From an uncultured Gemmatimonadales bacterium (GTDB lineage Bacteria > Gemmatimonadota > Gemmatimonadetes > Longimicrobiales > RSA9): DNA of 64,000 bases. The notes under the pieces were generated by a model. It ran no database searches, was not told the DNA's origin, and was given only the letters and a program-made list of their open reading frames with translations. The stretch covers positions 128,001 through 192,000 of the forward strand of contig CAVUKA010000001.1 in assembly GCA_963741945.1 (NCBI GenBank), in the 5' to 3' direction. Both the position numbers and the translations under genes were made by a program. How positions within the stretch are numbered: the first letter of the stretch is position 1; the number at the start of each line of letters is the position of its first letter. Of the stretch, positions 11,614-20,272 are shown one piece after another.

Positions 11614-12540
11614 CTACGGCAGCAGCACGGCGTCGATCACGTGGATCACGCCATTGGACGCGGCCACGTCCGTGGCCACGACACGCGCGTCGTTCTGCGC
11701 GCCCATCAGCGTCACCCCGCCCGTCAGGTTCACCGTGAACGTCCCGCCCTGGAGCGTGGTCACCACCTGCCCATCGCTGAGGTCCGTCGAGAACACTTCC
11801 GCTCCCACGCCGTGGTAGAGCAGGATGCTCGACAGCACGCCCGGATCCGACGGCACCTGGCCCACTGCCGCGAACGCGCCGTTCGTGGGCGCGAACACGG
11901 TGAAGCCGGCCCCCCCGTTGTCGGTCCGCAGCGTCTCCTCCAGGCCGGCGGCGCGCACCGCACCCACGAGCGCATCGAAGCCCTCCACGGTCGCCACGTC
12001 CACGATGTCCAGGTTGTCCGTCAGCACACCCTCGATCAGGTGAATCACGCCGTTGCTGGCCCTGATGTCCGTACCGATGATCCGGACGCCGTTCACCCGC
12101 GCCTCACCGCTCAGGTCGAACGTCAACGGCGAGCCCTCCGCGCTGGCCACCATGGCGCCGTCCCGGAGGTCCGACGCCAGGATCTCACCCGGCACCACGT
12201 GGTACGTGAGCACTTTCGTCAGGAGAGCCCGGTTCTCCGCAGCCAGCAGCCGCCCGATTCGCTCCTGACCCAGCGCCTGGAAGGCCGGGTCCACCGGCGC
12301 GAACACCGTGAACGGACCTTCGCCGGCCAGCGTCGAAGTCAGCCCCGCCGCGTCCAGCGCCGCCGCCAGCGTGCTCAGCTGCGGCGTGGTCGCCGCCAGC
12401 TCGGCGATCGTCGGCTGCACCACGCTCGCCGGCTCGTCATCACTGCACGCCGACACCGCCACCGGCAACGCCACGGCTCCCGCCACCACCAGGCTGCGAC
12501 GAAGCGCGCGACGCGCCCCGAAAATCTCCTGAATCTGCAT
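11614..12540 (-). CDS. fasciclin (two FAS1 domains) lipoprotein
   Basis: Lipobox VSAC; two repeats of FTVFAP...YH...ASNGVIH. Confidence 0.9.
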   Translation of the reverse strand: MQIQEIFGARRALRRSLVVAGAVALPVAVSACSDDEPASVVQPTIAELAATTPQLSTLAAALDAAGLTSTLAGEGPFTVFAPVDPAFQALGQERIGRLLAAENRALLTKVLTYHVVPGEILASDLRDGAMVASAEGSPLTFDLSGEARVNGVRIIGTDIRASNGVIHLIEGVLTDNLDIVDVATVEGFDALVGAVRAAGLEETLRTDNGGAGFTVFAPTNGAFAAVGQVPSDPGVLSSILLYHGVGAEVFSTDLSDGQVVTTLQGGTFTVNLTGGVTLMGAQNDARVVATDVAASNGVIHVIDAVLLP

Positions 12541-12666
12541 CGCCCTCTCTCCTTCTCGTTGTCTGTTCGCGTCCCGGGACATCCGCCCGGAATCCACTAT
12601 CCCGCCCGACCGCCAGCGCATCGGCCGCGGCCAACGCAGCCGCCGCGGCCGGCCTCAGACCGCCTG

Positions 12667-13182
12667 TCAACGCGGCAGAATCACCGCGTCAATGACGTGG
12701 ATCACCCCGTTCGACGCCTGCACGTCCGCCTTCACCACCGTGGCGTCATCCACCATCACCTTCCCGTCCACCACGCGCACGTTCAGCTTCTGGCCCTGCG
12801 CCGTCCCCGGCCGCGCCCGGCCCGCCGCGATCACGTCCGCCGCCGCGATCCGCCCCGACACCACGTGGTACTTCAGCACCTCCGCCAGCTTCGCCGGGTT
12901 CGCGAGCAGCGACTCCAGCGTCCCCGCCGGCAGCGCCGCGAACGCCGCATTCGTCGGCGCGAACACCGTGAACGGGCCCTCCCCCGTCAGCACCGACTCC
13001 AGCCCCGCCGCCCGCACCGCCGTCAGAAGCGTCTCGAATTCGCCCGCCGCCGCGGCCACCTCCACAATGTTCCCCACCGGCTCCTTCCCGCTCCACGCCC
13101 CCTGCGCCGATCCCGTCGTCGGCATCGCCGCCAGCACGCCCAGCGCGATTCCCAGCATGGCACTCCGGTTCCGTCCGATCAT
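12667..13182 (-). CDS. secreted fasciclin (single FAS1 domain)
   Basis: Signal peptide; GPFTVFAPTNAAF, LKYHVV, ASNGVIHVID. Confidence 0.9.
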   Translation of the reverse strand: MIGRNRSAMLGIALGVLAAMPTTGSAQGAWSGKEPVGNIVEVAAAAGEFETLLTAVRAAGLESVLTGEGPFTVFAPTNAAFAALPAGTLESLLANPAKLAEVLKYHVVSGRIAAADVIAAGRARPGTAQGQKLNVRVVDGKVMVDDATVVKADVQASNGVIHVIDAVILPR

Positions 13183-13226
13183 GATGCTCCCCCTGTCCGT
13201 GGTGTATCCGTCTGTTGTTGTCCAGG

Positions 13227-13255
13227 ACGTTACATGTACAGTCACAGGCTGTCAA
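13227..13255 (-). promoter_or_regulatory. sigma70-type promoter for the fasciclin genes (TTGACA-N17-TAACGT)
   Basis: Consensus -35 and a TAnnnT -10 at exactly 17 nt spacing, about 45 nt upstream of the start codon. Confidence 0.65.
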
Positions 13256-13276
13256 GGGTGCGTCCATGACATGGCC

Positions 13277-13306
13277 TTGACGGGGCGCCCGCTTCGCCTC
13301 TACCAT
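13277..13306 (+). promoter_or_regulatory. sigma70-type promoter for the carH-like gene (TTGACG-N18-TACCAT)
   Basis: Near-consensus hexamers, back-to-back with the fasciclin promoter. Confidence 0.55.
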
Positions 13307-13354
13307 CAGGAGGAGAGGGCGGCGGGGGGCCGGTACCGACGAACGGGAGGCGCG

Positions 13355-14281
13355 ATGAGCGGCGGCGAGGAGGGTGCGATCCACCCTATTGGAGTGGCGG
13401 CGGAGCGGTCGGGGCTGACGGCGGATGTGATCCGTGCGTGGGAGAGACGCTACGGTGTGGTCGAGCCCCGGCGTGATGCGGCGGGGCGGCGGGTGTACAC
13501 GGCGGCGGACATCGCGCGCCTGCGGCTGCTGTCGCGGGCGACGGAAGGGGGGCGGTCGATCGGTCAGGTGGCGGATCTGGATGCGTCGCGGCTGGAGGAG
13601 ATCGTCGCCCAGGATGAAGCGGGTCGGAGGGCCGCCGCGCCGGGTCCCAGGGTTCCGGACAGCGCGGGCGAGGTCGTGGCGGAGGCGTTGAAGCGGGTGC
13701 GGGCGCTGGAAGGGGCCGCCCTGGAGTCGCTGCTGGTCCGGACGGCGTCGCTCTACGGCGTTCCCGCCTTCCTGCGGGCCGTGGTCGCACCGCTGTTCCG
13801 GGCCATCGGCGACGAGTGGCACGCGGGCAGCCTGCTGCCGTCGCAGGAGCATCTCGCCACGGCCATCGTGCGGAGCGTGCTGGGGCGGGTGCTGGCGCGC
13901 ATTCCCGTCGCGGGAGACGCCCCGGTGCTGCTGGTGGCCACGCCGGCGGGGGAGCGACACGAGATCGGCGCTCTGCTGGCGGCGGCGGAAGCGACCATCG
14001 AGGGGTGGCGCGTGGTCTACCTCGGCGCGGACCTGCCTGCGGCGGAGATCGCTTCGGCGGCGAAGGTGGTGGGAGCGCGGATGGTGGCGCTCGGGTCGGT
14101 CTACGCGCCGGACCCCGGGTCGCTGCGGCGGGAGGTGGAAGCGGTCCGGGCGGCGCTTCCGGAGCAGGTGACGCTGCTGGTGGGGGGACCCGCGATGGTG
14201 CTGCTGGCGGGCGAGCTGGGCGGTGCGGAAGGCGTGGTGATCACCGACGACCTGGACGATCTGGCCAGCCGGCTGCACTGA
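13355..14281 (+). CDS. carH: MerR-family cobalamin-binding regulator (CarH/LitR-like photoreceptor)
   Basis: MerR HTH (IRAWERRYG...GRRVY), W-x9-EH (WHAGSLLPSQEH) and GERHEIG B12-binding motif; GGGAGG RBS. Confidence 0.85.
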   Translation: MSGGEEGAIHPIGVAAERSGLTADVIRAWERRYGVVEPRRDAAGRRVYTAADIARLRLLSRATEGGRSIGQVADLDASRLEEIVAQDEAGRRAAAPGPRVPDSAGEVVAEALKRVRALEGAALESLLVRTASLYGVPAFLRAVVAPLFRAIGDEWHAGSLLPSQEHLATAIVRSVLGRVLARIPVAGDAPVLLVATPAGERHEIGALLAAAEATIEGWRVVYLGADLPAAEIASAAKVVGARMVALGSVYAPDPGSLRREVEAVRAALPEQVTLLVGGPAMVLLAGELGGAEGVVITDDLDDLASRLH

Positions 14282-14312
14282 AGACGGTTCCTTCGCTTCG
14301 TGCCTCCCTGGC

Positions 14313-16397
14313 TCAGCGGTAGCCTCCCTCGAACAGGGGCCAGCGGTGGTGGACGCCGATGGTGAGGGCGAACTGCCTATCGGTCACCAGCGCCCTGGCA
14401 AGGTCGATGCGAATCACGCCCAGCTGCCCGCCGGCCACGCCCATGCGGAGGCCCGCACCGCCGTCGAGATAGAAGCGGTTGGCCGCGGACTCGTCGACCG
14501 CCCGTGTGATCCCGGCGGCGTCGAGGAACAGGCCCGCGGCGAGGACGAAGGGCCCGGCGCGATAGAGGGGGTAGTCGCCGGCGATGCCCGCGTGGACGAT
14601 CCCCCGGCCGACGGTCCGGCCCACGAGGTATCCGCGGTCGGTGGGTACGTGGGCTCGAAGCGGAACGGTCCAGGGGAGAGCCCCCCCGGCCACGGGCCAG
14701 GTCCCGGGCGGAGCGTGCGTGCCCGCCCAGTCGAAGCCCGAGCGGACCGACCAGGCCGGTCGGCTCAGGCCGAGGGAGGAAGCCCAGGCCGCCCGGACGC
14801 CCGCGCTCGTGTAGGACGGGGCGGCCGAGAGCGTGAACGCGTGCTCCGCAGTGACCGCCATCTGGAAGCGATCGTCCCGTCCCTCGAGAGCGGCGCCGAC
14901 CGAGGTTGCGAGATGGCGCCGATCGCCGGACCATCGCTCCAGCCTCAATGCGGCGAGCGGACGAAGGGCGGGCGTGACCCAGCCGCCGAACGCGAGCCCC
15001 GCGGATCTGCGGGTCTCCTCGAAGACGGCCGTCCTCTCCGCGTTGCGGGCGAAACGGAACTGTTCCCACGCCCCCTCCACAGTGACGATGCCCGGGTGAC
15101 CGGCATGGACCGGCATGTCGACCCGGAAGACGCCACGGGGCCGGGCGGCCTCCCAGCGCCAGGTTGCGGTCCACAGCTCGCCGCCTCCGGTCGGGCTGGC
15201 GACCTCCATCTCCACTTCCTTGCGGGCGACGGCGCCGACGGCCCCGGACGCGGCCAGGAGCCAGAGACTCTCCACGCGAGGGCGTTCGACCACGTTCGCC
15301 CGGATCTCGGCCAGCCCGCCCGGCACCGGCGCATACTCCACGGTGGCCTGGCGAAGCGCCGGGACCTCGGAGATCCGGCGTCGGGCGAGGACCAGCCGGG
15401 ACGGGGTGAGGAGCGTGCCGGGGGGCAGCGCGAGGGCGCCGGCGAGCTCGCTGAACCGGATCGTCCGCACGCCATCGATCCGGACGATGTCCACCGTGGG
15501 CCGGCCGACGCGGTTCCAGGCCCGGAGGGCGCCACTCCCATTGTCCACCAGGTATCGGCTGGTGCCCAGGAGCTGCCAGCCGAGCGCGTCGTCTGGAACG
15601 CGCGCCACGTACTCGGAGGCAACGCGTATGGCCTCCTGATAGCGTCCCTGCCTGAACCGGACAGCGGCGGTTTCGCGCAGCACCCGCGGCTCCGCGGGGC
15701 ACGCCTGCCCTGCTTCGGCGAGCAGCCCGGACGCGTCATCCAGTCGATTGGCCGCCACGGCATCGAGGGATCGGTCGATCCAGGGAGGGCACGGCGCGGG
15801 CGGGGGCGTGGCAGGCCGAACCGTGCTGTCGACCCCCGCCAGGGCCGGGGCGGCCGGCTCGGGGCGGATCCGCATCGCCCACCGACCGCCCCCCGCCCAG
15901 CGAGTCAGGAAGGAGGCCTCATCCATGGTGATGGACGGGGCTCTGGCGGGATCGTGGACCACCACGTTCCCACCCATCCAGCCGATGACGACGACGTAGT
16001 GGTAACGACCCCTGGCGACCTGGATGAGAACCACCACGGGGACGCCGTCGCGGAGGCTTTGCTGGAGCAGCTCGGGCGTGCCGCGGAACGTCCGGGTGTC
16101 CCAGCCTCGAGCGCGCGTGGCCGACTCCAGGTCGCTGGTCAGGATCCCGCCGGAATCCGGACGGACCAGGCTCTCGAAATCCTCGGCGTAGACTCCTCGC
16201 CGCCCCCACCACCGCTCGACCATGGCGACGGTCGCTCCACCGCACAGCAGCTCGGACTGGGGCAGGTACGGCACGTCGAGCACGACCGGCTGGCCGGCGC
16301 CTGACCCCGAAAGCGCCCGTCGGCCTGCTCCCGAAGAAGCACAGCCGAGAACCGAGAGCCAGAGTCCAGCCGCGACCAGCCGGGCGACACTGCGCAC
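14313..16397 (-). CDS. lipoprotein: C39-like cysteine peptidase + TPR + POTRA + Omp85-like beta-barrel
   Basis: Lipobox VLGC; PQSELLCG, HYVVV and HDP catalytic motifs; TPR helices; POTRA-like VDIVRIDG...VVERP; C-terminal GAGLR...GVIRIDLA. Confidence 0.75.
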   Translation of the reverse strand: MRSVARLVAAGLWLSVLGCASSGAGRRALSGSGAGQPVVLDVPYLPQSELLCGGATVAMVERWWGRRGVYAEDFESLVRPDSGGILTSDLESATRARGWDTRTFRGTPELLQQSLRDGVPVVVLIQVARGRYHYVVVIGWMGGNVVVHDPARAPSITMDEASFLTRWAGGGRWAMRIRPEPAAPALAGVDSTVRPATPPPAPCPPWIDRSLDAVAANRLDDASGLLAEAGQACPAEPRVLRETAAVRFRQGRYQEAIRVASEYVARVPDDALGWQLLGTSRYLVDNGSGALRAWNRVGRPTVDIVRIDGVRTIRFSELAGALALPPGTLLTPSRLVLARRRISEVPALRQATVEYAPVPGGLAEIRANVVERPRVESLWLLAASGAVGAVARKEVEMEVASPTGGGELWTATWRWEAARPRGVFRVDMPVHAGHPGIVTVEGAWEQFRFARNAERTAVFEETRRSAGLAFGGWVTPALRPLAALRLERWSGDRRHLATSVGAALEGRDDRFQMAVTAEHAFTLSAAPSYTSAGVRAAWASSLGLSRPAWSVRSGFDWAGTHAPPGTWPVAGGALPWTVPLRAHVPTDRGYLVGRTVGRGIVHAGIAGDYPLYRAGPFVLAAGLFLDAAGITRAVDESAANRFYLDGGAGLRMGVAGGQLGVIRIDLARALVTDRQFALTIGVHHRWPLFEGGYR

Positions 16398-16415
16398 GCT
16401 ATGCCGCCGCGATGC

Positions 16416-16799
16416 TCAGAGGGTCAGAAGCAGGACGACCAGCAGGACGATGATGACGGTCGTCGTCGTGATCACGATCGTATTGGCGCCACCCGCCATG
16501 GCTGCCTGGCTGAGCCCCGCCTCGTCGGCGATCCGGTCCAGCGACGCGTCGTCGAGCGCGGCGACCCGGTTCGAGAGATCGGAGACACTCACCCCGAGCC
16601 GACCGGCGACTTCCTGCCCCTGGTCCGTCGCGAGGAGATGCTGGATCGCCCCGCGGGCATTGGAATCGACGTGCTTCGTGGCGATGGCGGCATCCAGCTC
16701 CGCACTGCTCACGGCGCTCCGCTCCTGGGCGGAAAGCGGGCCCGTAAGAGAGAGAGCGGCGAGGGACAGACTCATGGACAACAGGAAACGTCTGGACAT
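16416..16799 (-). CDS. PA2779-like secreted protein with AGG and a hydrophobic C-terminal tail
   Basis: Signal peptide, LGVS...RVAALDD core, ...AMAGG followed by ANTIVITTTTVIIVLLVVLLLTL; immediately upstream of the C39 peptidase. Confidence 0.75.
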   Translation of the reverse strand: MSRRFLLSMSLSLAALSLTGPLSAQERSAVSSAELDAAIATKHVDSNARGAIQHLLATDQGQEVAGRLGVSVSDLSNRVAALDDASLDRIADEAGLSQAAMAGGANTIVITTTTVIIVLLVVLLLTL

Positions 16800-17120
16800 G
16801 CGTTCCTCCGGAACAAGGGGAGCAGGCCATTCGGCACAATGACTGTGTACATGGACGCTACCGGCGAGCCGCTGCGTGGCCAATCGCTCGAAGGGACGAG
16901 ATTGAGATTAGTCCAAAAGGGGGAGTTGAGGCGCGTGGGCGAGTACGCCTCGTCGCCCGGACGGGTTACCTCGCCCATCATCCGCCTGGTGGATACTCAG
17001 GAAGGCTGGCTTCCGACAACTTAGGATCGAAAGCAGGTGCGAGGCGCGCGCGCGGCTACCTTTGTGATGCCCCGAGCCTGCCCTGTTGTCCTGCCGGGTC
17101 CTTTCATGGAGGAAACCAGC

Positions 17121-17345
17121 ATGCACGCCAGAAGGATCGCAGCGGCCGCGCTCATCGTGATGGGCATCCTCGGCCTCGTTCTCGGCCAGTTCGTATTCGG
17201 CAGGGAGACCCACCGCGCGTCGGTCGGCCCCATGGAGGTGTCCGTCAGCGAGCAGCGCACCGTCAACATCCCGCTCTGGGCCGGCCTGGGAGCGATCGTG
17301 CTCGGCGGCGTCCTGCTGCTGCCTCTCGGGAAAGGGAAGGCGTGA
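17121..17345 (+). CDS. small two-TM membrane protein
   Basis: GGAGG RBS; two hydrophobic helices flanking a beta-hairpin-like segment (HRASVGPMEVSV...VNIPLW). Confidence 0.8.
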   Translation: MHARRIAAAALIVMGILGLVLGQFVFGRETHRASVGPMEVSVSEQRTVNIPLWAGLGAIVLGGVLLLPLGKGKA

Positions 17346-17456
17346 TGCGGTGGACGCGCCCTGCCACCGTCGCACCTCTGATGGAGCGGCAGGGCTCCAC
17401 CGACGGGATCGCCGGGTCCGGAGGGGCCATCGACCCCGCCATCGGAACGCCGCTGA

Positions 17457-19127
17457 ATGCTCGCTAACCCGGCGGCACGCACGTGGCGGAGCGCCCGGAT
17501 GCTGGTTCTCTCGCCGTTCCTGCTCCTCTGCTGCACGTCCTCACCGGCGGAGGACCCGCCGCTGGGCGAGCGAGCGCTGGCTGTCGCGGCGGTGTTCGAG
17601 ACGGCCCACCCGTACAGCGAACGGACCGTGGACTCCCTCGACCTTGCCGCCTTCTTCACCCGATACCCCGGGTACCGGACCGACTCGGCCTCCGTCGTGG
17701 ACTTCTACGAAAGACGCGCCATGCAGTTCGCATGGATCGTTCGCGACTCGCTCTCCGCCAGCGCCATAGCCTTCGTGGACCTCGCTGGCCTCGCTCACAC
17801 CGGCGAGTTCCAGGCTGTCGCCGCGGGTCCCAGCCTCGGCGATCTCTACGGGCAGGGCTTCGCCGAGGGCGCGCGCGTGCCCGGGTGCGACAGCTGTGCC
17901 GCCGACCTGGAGCTGCGCCTCACCGCAGAGTTCTTCCGTTTCGCCGGCCGCCGATACGATGGCTACCTGAGCCGTGACCTCCGCGACCTGAACTGGTTCA
18001 TTCCCCGTGGCAAGAAGGACCTTTCGCGTCTGCTGGATTCACTGGCCGTGGGGAAGATGGATCTCGCCGCGTACGAGCCCATGCACCCGCAGTACCAGCT
18101 GCTGAAAGCCAGCATTCGACAGATGCGCCAATTGGCGGATGAGCCGTGGCCCGCGCTGGAACTGCCCGCAGGCAGACGAAGGGTCGATGCCGGCGACAGT
18201 GTCGACGTGATCGGCGCCATCCGCCACCGCCTGCACTTGCTCGAGGACCTGGGAGAAGACGGATCCTCGCCCGTATACGACAGCGCGGCGGTCTCGGCCG
18301 TGGAGCGCTTCCAGCTGCGCCATGGCCTGGTGATCGACGGCATCATCGGCCCCACGTTCCTGCGCGCCATCGACGTGCCCCCGGCAACCCGTCTGCGCAC
18401 CATGCTCATCAACATGGAGCGCCTGCGCTGGGTGCCCGAGAAGCAGCCGTCCGATCTGCTCGCGGTGAACATTCCCGAGTTCCGGCTGCACGTGTATGAG
18501 AAGGGCGCCGAAGTGATGAGCATGGAGGTGGTGGTGGGCAAGGACGCCACACGCACGGTGGTCTTCGCCGACACGCTGTCGCAGATCGTGTTCAACCCCA
18601 CCTGGACGGTACCGGCGAGCATCACGCGCGATGAGATCCTGCCCGCTATGCGAAGGGACCCCAACTACCTTCGGAACAACAGCATGGAGATCATCGGTGG
18701 CACCGCTTCGGCCCCGCTGGTGCGCCAGCGGCCGGGACCGTCCAACGCGCTGGGTCGGGTGAAGTTCCTCTTTCCCAACAGCTACAGCATCTACATGCAT
18801 GACACTCCGTCCCAGGCTGCGTTCGGCCGCGAAGCGCGGGCCTTCAGTCACGGCTGCATACGCCTGAGCCGACCGCGGGAGCTGGCGGAGTACCTGCTGC
18901 GGGATGACCCCGACTGGACCCCTGCGCGCATCGGCCAGGCCATGCGCGGGGGGCGCACGACCACGGTGCAGCTGAAGGACCAGCGGCCGGTGATGATCTG
19001 GTACTTCACGGCCTGGGTCGACGGGGAGGGCCGGCTGAACTTCCGCGACGACGTATACGGCCACGACGAGCAGCTGGCCCAGGACCTGTTTCTCGAACCG
19101 GACAGCGGGTCCGGAGCGTTTCGGTAG
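17457..19127 (+). CDS. L,D-transpeptidase, YcbB/LdtD-like, with peptidoglycan-binding domain
   Basis: FQLRHGL..DGIIG, NMERLRW, NALGRVKF, IYMHDTP, FSHGCIRL. Confidence 0.9.
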   Translation: MLANPAARTWRSARMLVLSPFLLLCCTSSPAEDPPLGERALAVAAVFETAHPYSERTVDSLDLAAFFTRYPGYRTDSASVVDFYERRAMQFAWIVRDSLSASAIAFVDLAGLAHTGEFQAVAAGPSLGDLYGQGFAEGARVPGCDSCAADLELRLTAEFFRFAGRRYDGYLSRDLRDLNWFIPRGKKDLSRLLDSLAVGKMDLAAYEPMHPQYQLLKASIRQMRQLADEPWPALELPAGRRRVDAGDSVDVIGAIRHRLHLLEDLGEDGSSPVYDSAAVSAVERFQLRHGLVIDGIIGPTFLRAIDVPPATRLRTMLINMERLRWVPEKQPSDLLAVNIPEFRLHVYEKGAEVMSMEVVVGKDATRTVVFADTLSQIVFNPTWTVPASITRDEILPAMRRDPNYLRNNSMEIIGGTASAPLVRQRPGPSNALGRVKFLFPNSYSIYMHDTPSQAAFGREARAFSHGCIRLSRPRELAEYLLRDDPDWTPARIGQAMRGGRTTTVQLKDQRPVMIWYFTAWVDGEGRLNFRDDVYGHDEQLAQDLFLEPDSGSGAFR

Positions 19128-19145
19128 ACGCCCGAGCGGGTCCGC

Positions 19146-19619
19146 CTACTCTCGCTCGGGCTCCGTGGGAGCGGACTGCTGGGGCGCCGCGAGCGTCGGT
19201 TCCTTGCCGAGGGCGCGCTGGAGCGAGGTCAGCATCGTCGCCAGCTCGAACCCGGATTCCGGTTGGCGGCGGCTGAGCATGGTGATGACGTCATCGCGCC
19301 GGGCGAGGATCTCGCCGAGGCCGGAACGAGCGCTTTCCGGGACGGTGCCCGCCTGCTCCTGCAGGCGGTCGAAGAAGTCGCTGGCCAGCTGACGGCTCCG
19401 CTCGAAGTTCCCGAACTCGGCCGCCATGGTGGCCGAAGTGAGGGATGCTTCGAGCTGATCCACGGCGCGTTCCCCCTGGATCACTTTCAGCTCCTGCCGC
19501 GTGGTGTCCAGCGCCTGGCGCGCCTGACGCGCCTGGCTGAACTGCCATACGGCTCCACCCGCGAAGGCCAGCACCGCGACGGCCCCGATGATCAACACGT
19601 TTCGCAACTGAGGCTTCAT
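19146..19619 (-). CDS. hypothetical membrane-anchored coiled-coil protein
   Basis: AGGAG RBS; N-terminal TM helix followed by a helical region. Confidence 0.7.
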   Translation of the reverse strand: MKPQLRNVLIIGAVAVLAFAGGAVWQFSQARQARQALDTTRQELKVIQGERAVDQLEASLTSATMAAEFGNFERSRQLASDFFDRLQEQAGTVPESARSGLGEILARRDDVITMLSRRQPESGFELATMLTSLQRALGKEPTLAAPQQSAPTEPERE

Positions 19620-19695
19620 TGGGCCTCTCCTCTCCACGCCGACAAGAACACTGCGCGGGACGCGGGCCTGCATCGGCCCGGCGCCCCGCCCGGAA

Positions 19696-19845
19696 TCACC
19701 GCAGCCTTCGACCTTGAATGACCTGGAGCAGGATCACTACGATGGCGATCACCAGGAGAACGTGAATGAACCCGCCCATCGTGGTCGACGTCACAAACCC
19801 GAGCAACCAGAGAACAATCAGGACTACCGCCAGCGTCCATAGCAT
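19696..19845 (-). CDS. lmo0937-family small membrane protein (49 aa, absent from the ORF track)
   Basis: Translated by hand: MLWTLAVVLIVLWLLGFVTSTTMGGFIHVLLVIAIVVILLQVIQGRRLR. Confidence 0.9.
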   Translation of the reverse strand: MLWTLAVVLIVLWLLGFVTSTTMGGFIHVLLVIAIVVILLQVIQGRRLR

Positions 19846-19912
19846 CGTGACCACCTGCGTTGAAGCGTTGCGTTGATCCCGGCTGAACGAAGCCCGGGGA
19901 GACCCGACCTGC

Positions 19913-20224
19913 CTAGTCGCCGGAGGAGACCTCCATGGGCTCGGTGACCACGAACCTCGCGTTGAGCGCCGCGAGCGCCGCCTCGATCCTCCGGTTGATC
20001 CCCATGTCCCGCGCCGGGGTGTCGCTCACGACCAGGATGCGCGTCACCTGGGGCTCCACCACCACCTGGGCCGCCCACGTGCGCGCCCCGGCCCGGGCCT
20101 CGGAGTGCTCCCGCTCCAGCAGCTCCTGGATGCCGCGGAAGCGCTCTGAGGACTCGGGTAGCGTGATGTCATATGCGTAAGCCCAGAGCCCGCTCTTCGG
20201 CGGCCCGCGAGGATTTCGGGTCAT
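19913..20224 (-). CDS. hypothetical protein (LWAYAY family, paralog of 33720..34037)
   Basis: AGGAG RBS; colinear similarity to the second copy. Confidence 0.8.
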   Translation of the reverse strand: MTRNPRGPPKSGLWAYAYDITLPESSERFRGIQELLEREHSEARAGARTWAAQVVVEPQVTRILVVSDTPARDMGINRRIEAALAALNARFVVTEPMEVSSGD

Positions 20225-20272
20225 GGGATCTCCTGCTTCCGGTGCTTCCATGGCTGCCGGGTGAACGAGACG

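Noticed and set aside
12692-13354. Apparent 220-aa N-terminal extension of the CarH-like regulator
   Set aside because: It is the antisense of the fasciclin gene plus promoter DNA; the RBS and ATG at 13355 mark the true start.
16900-17040. Possible structured ncRNA in the divergent intergenic region
   Set aside because: The hairpins are short and match no RNA family I recognise; better explained as protein-binding inverted repeats.
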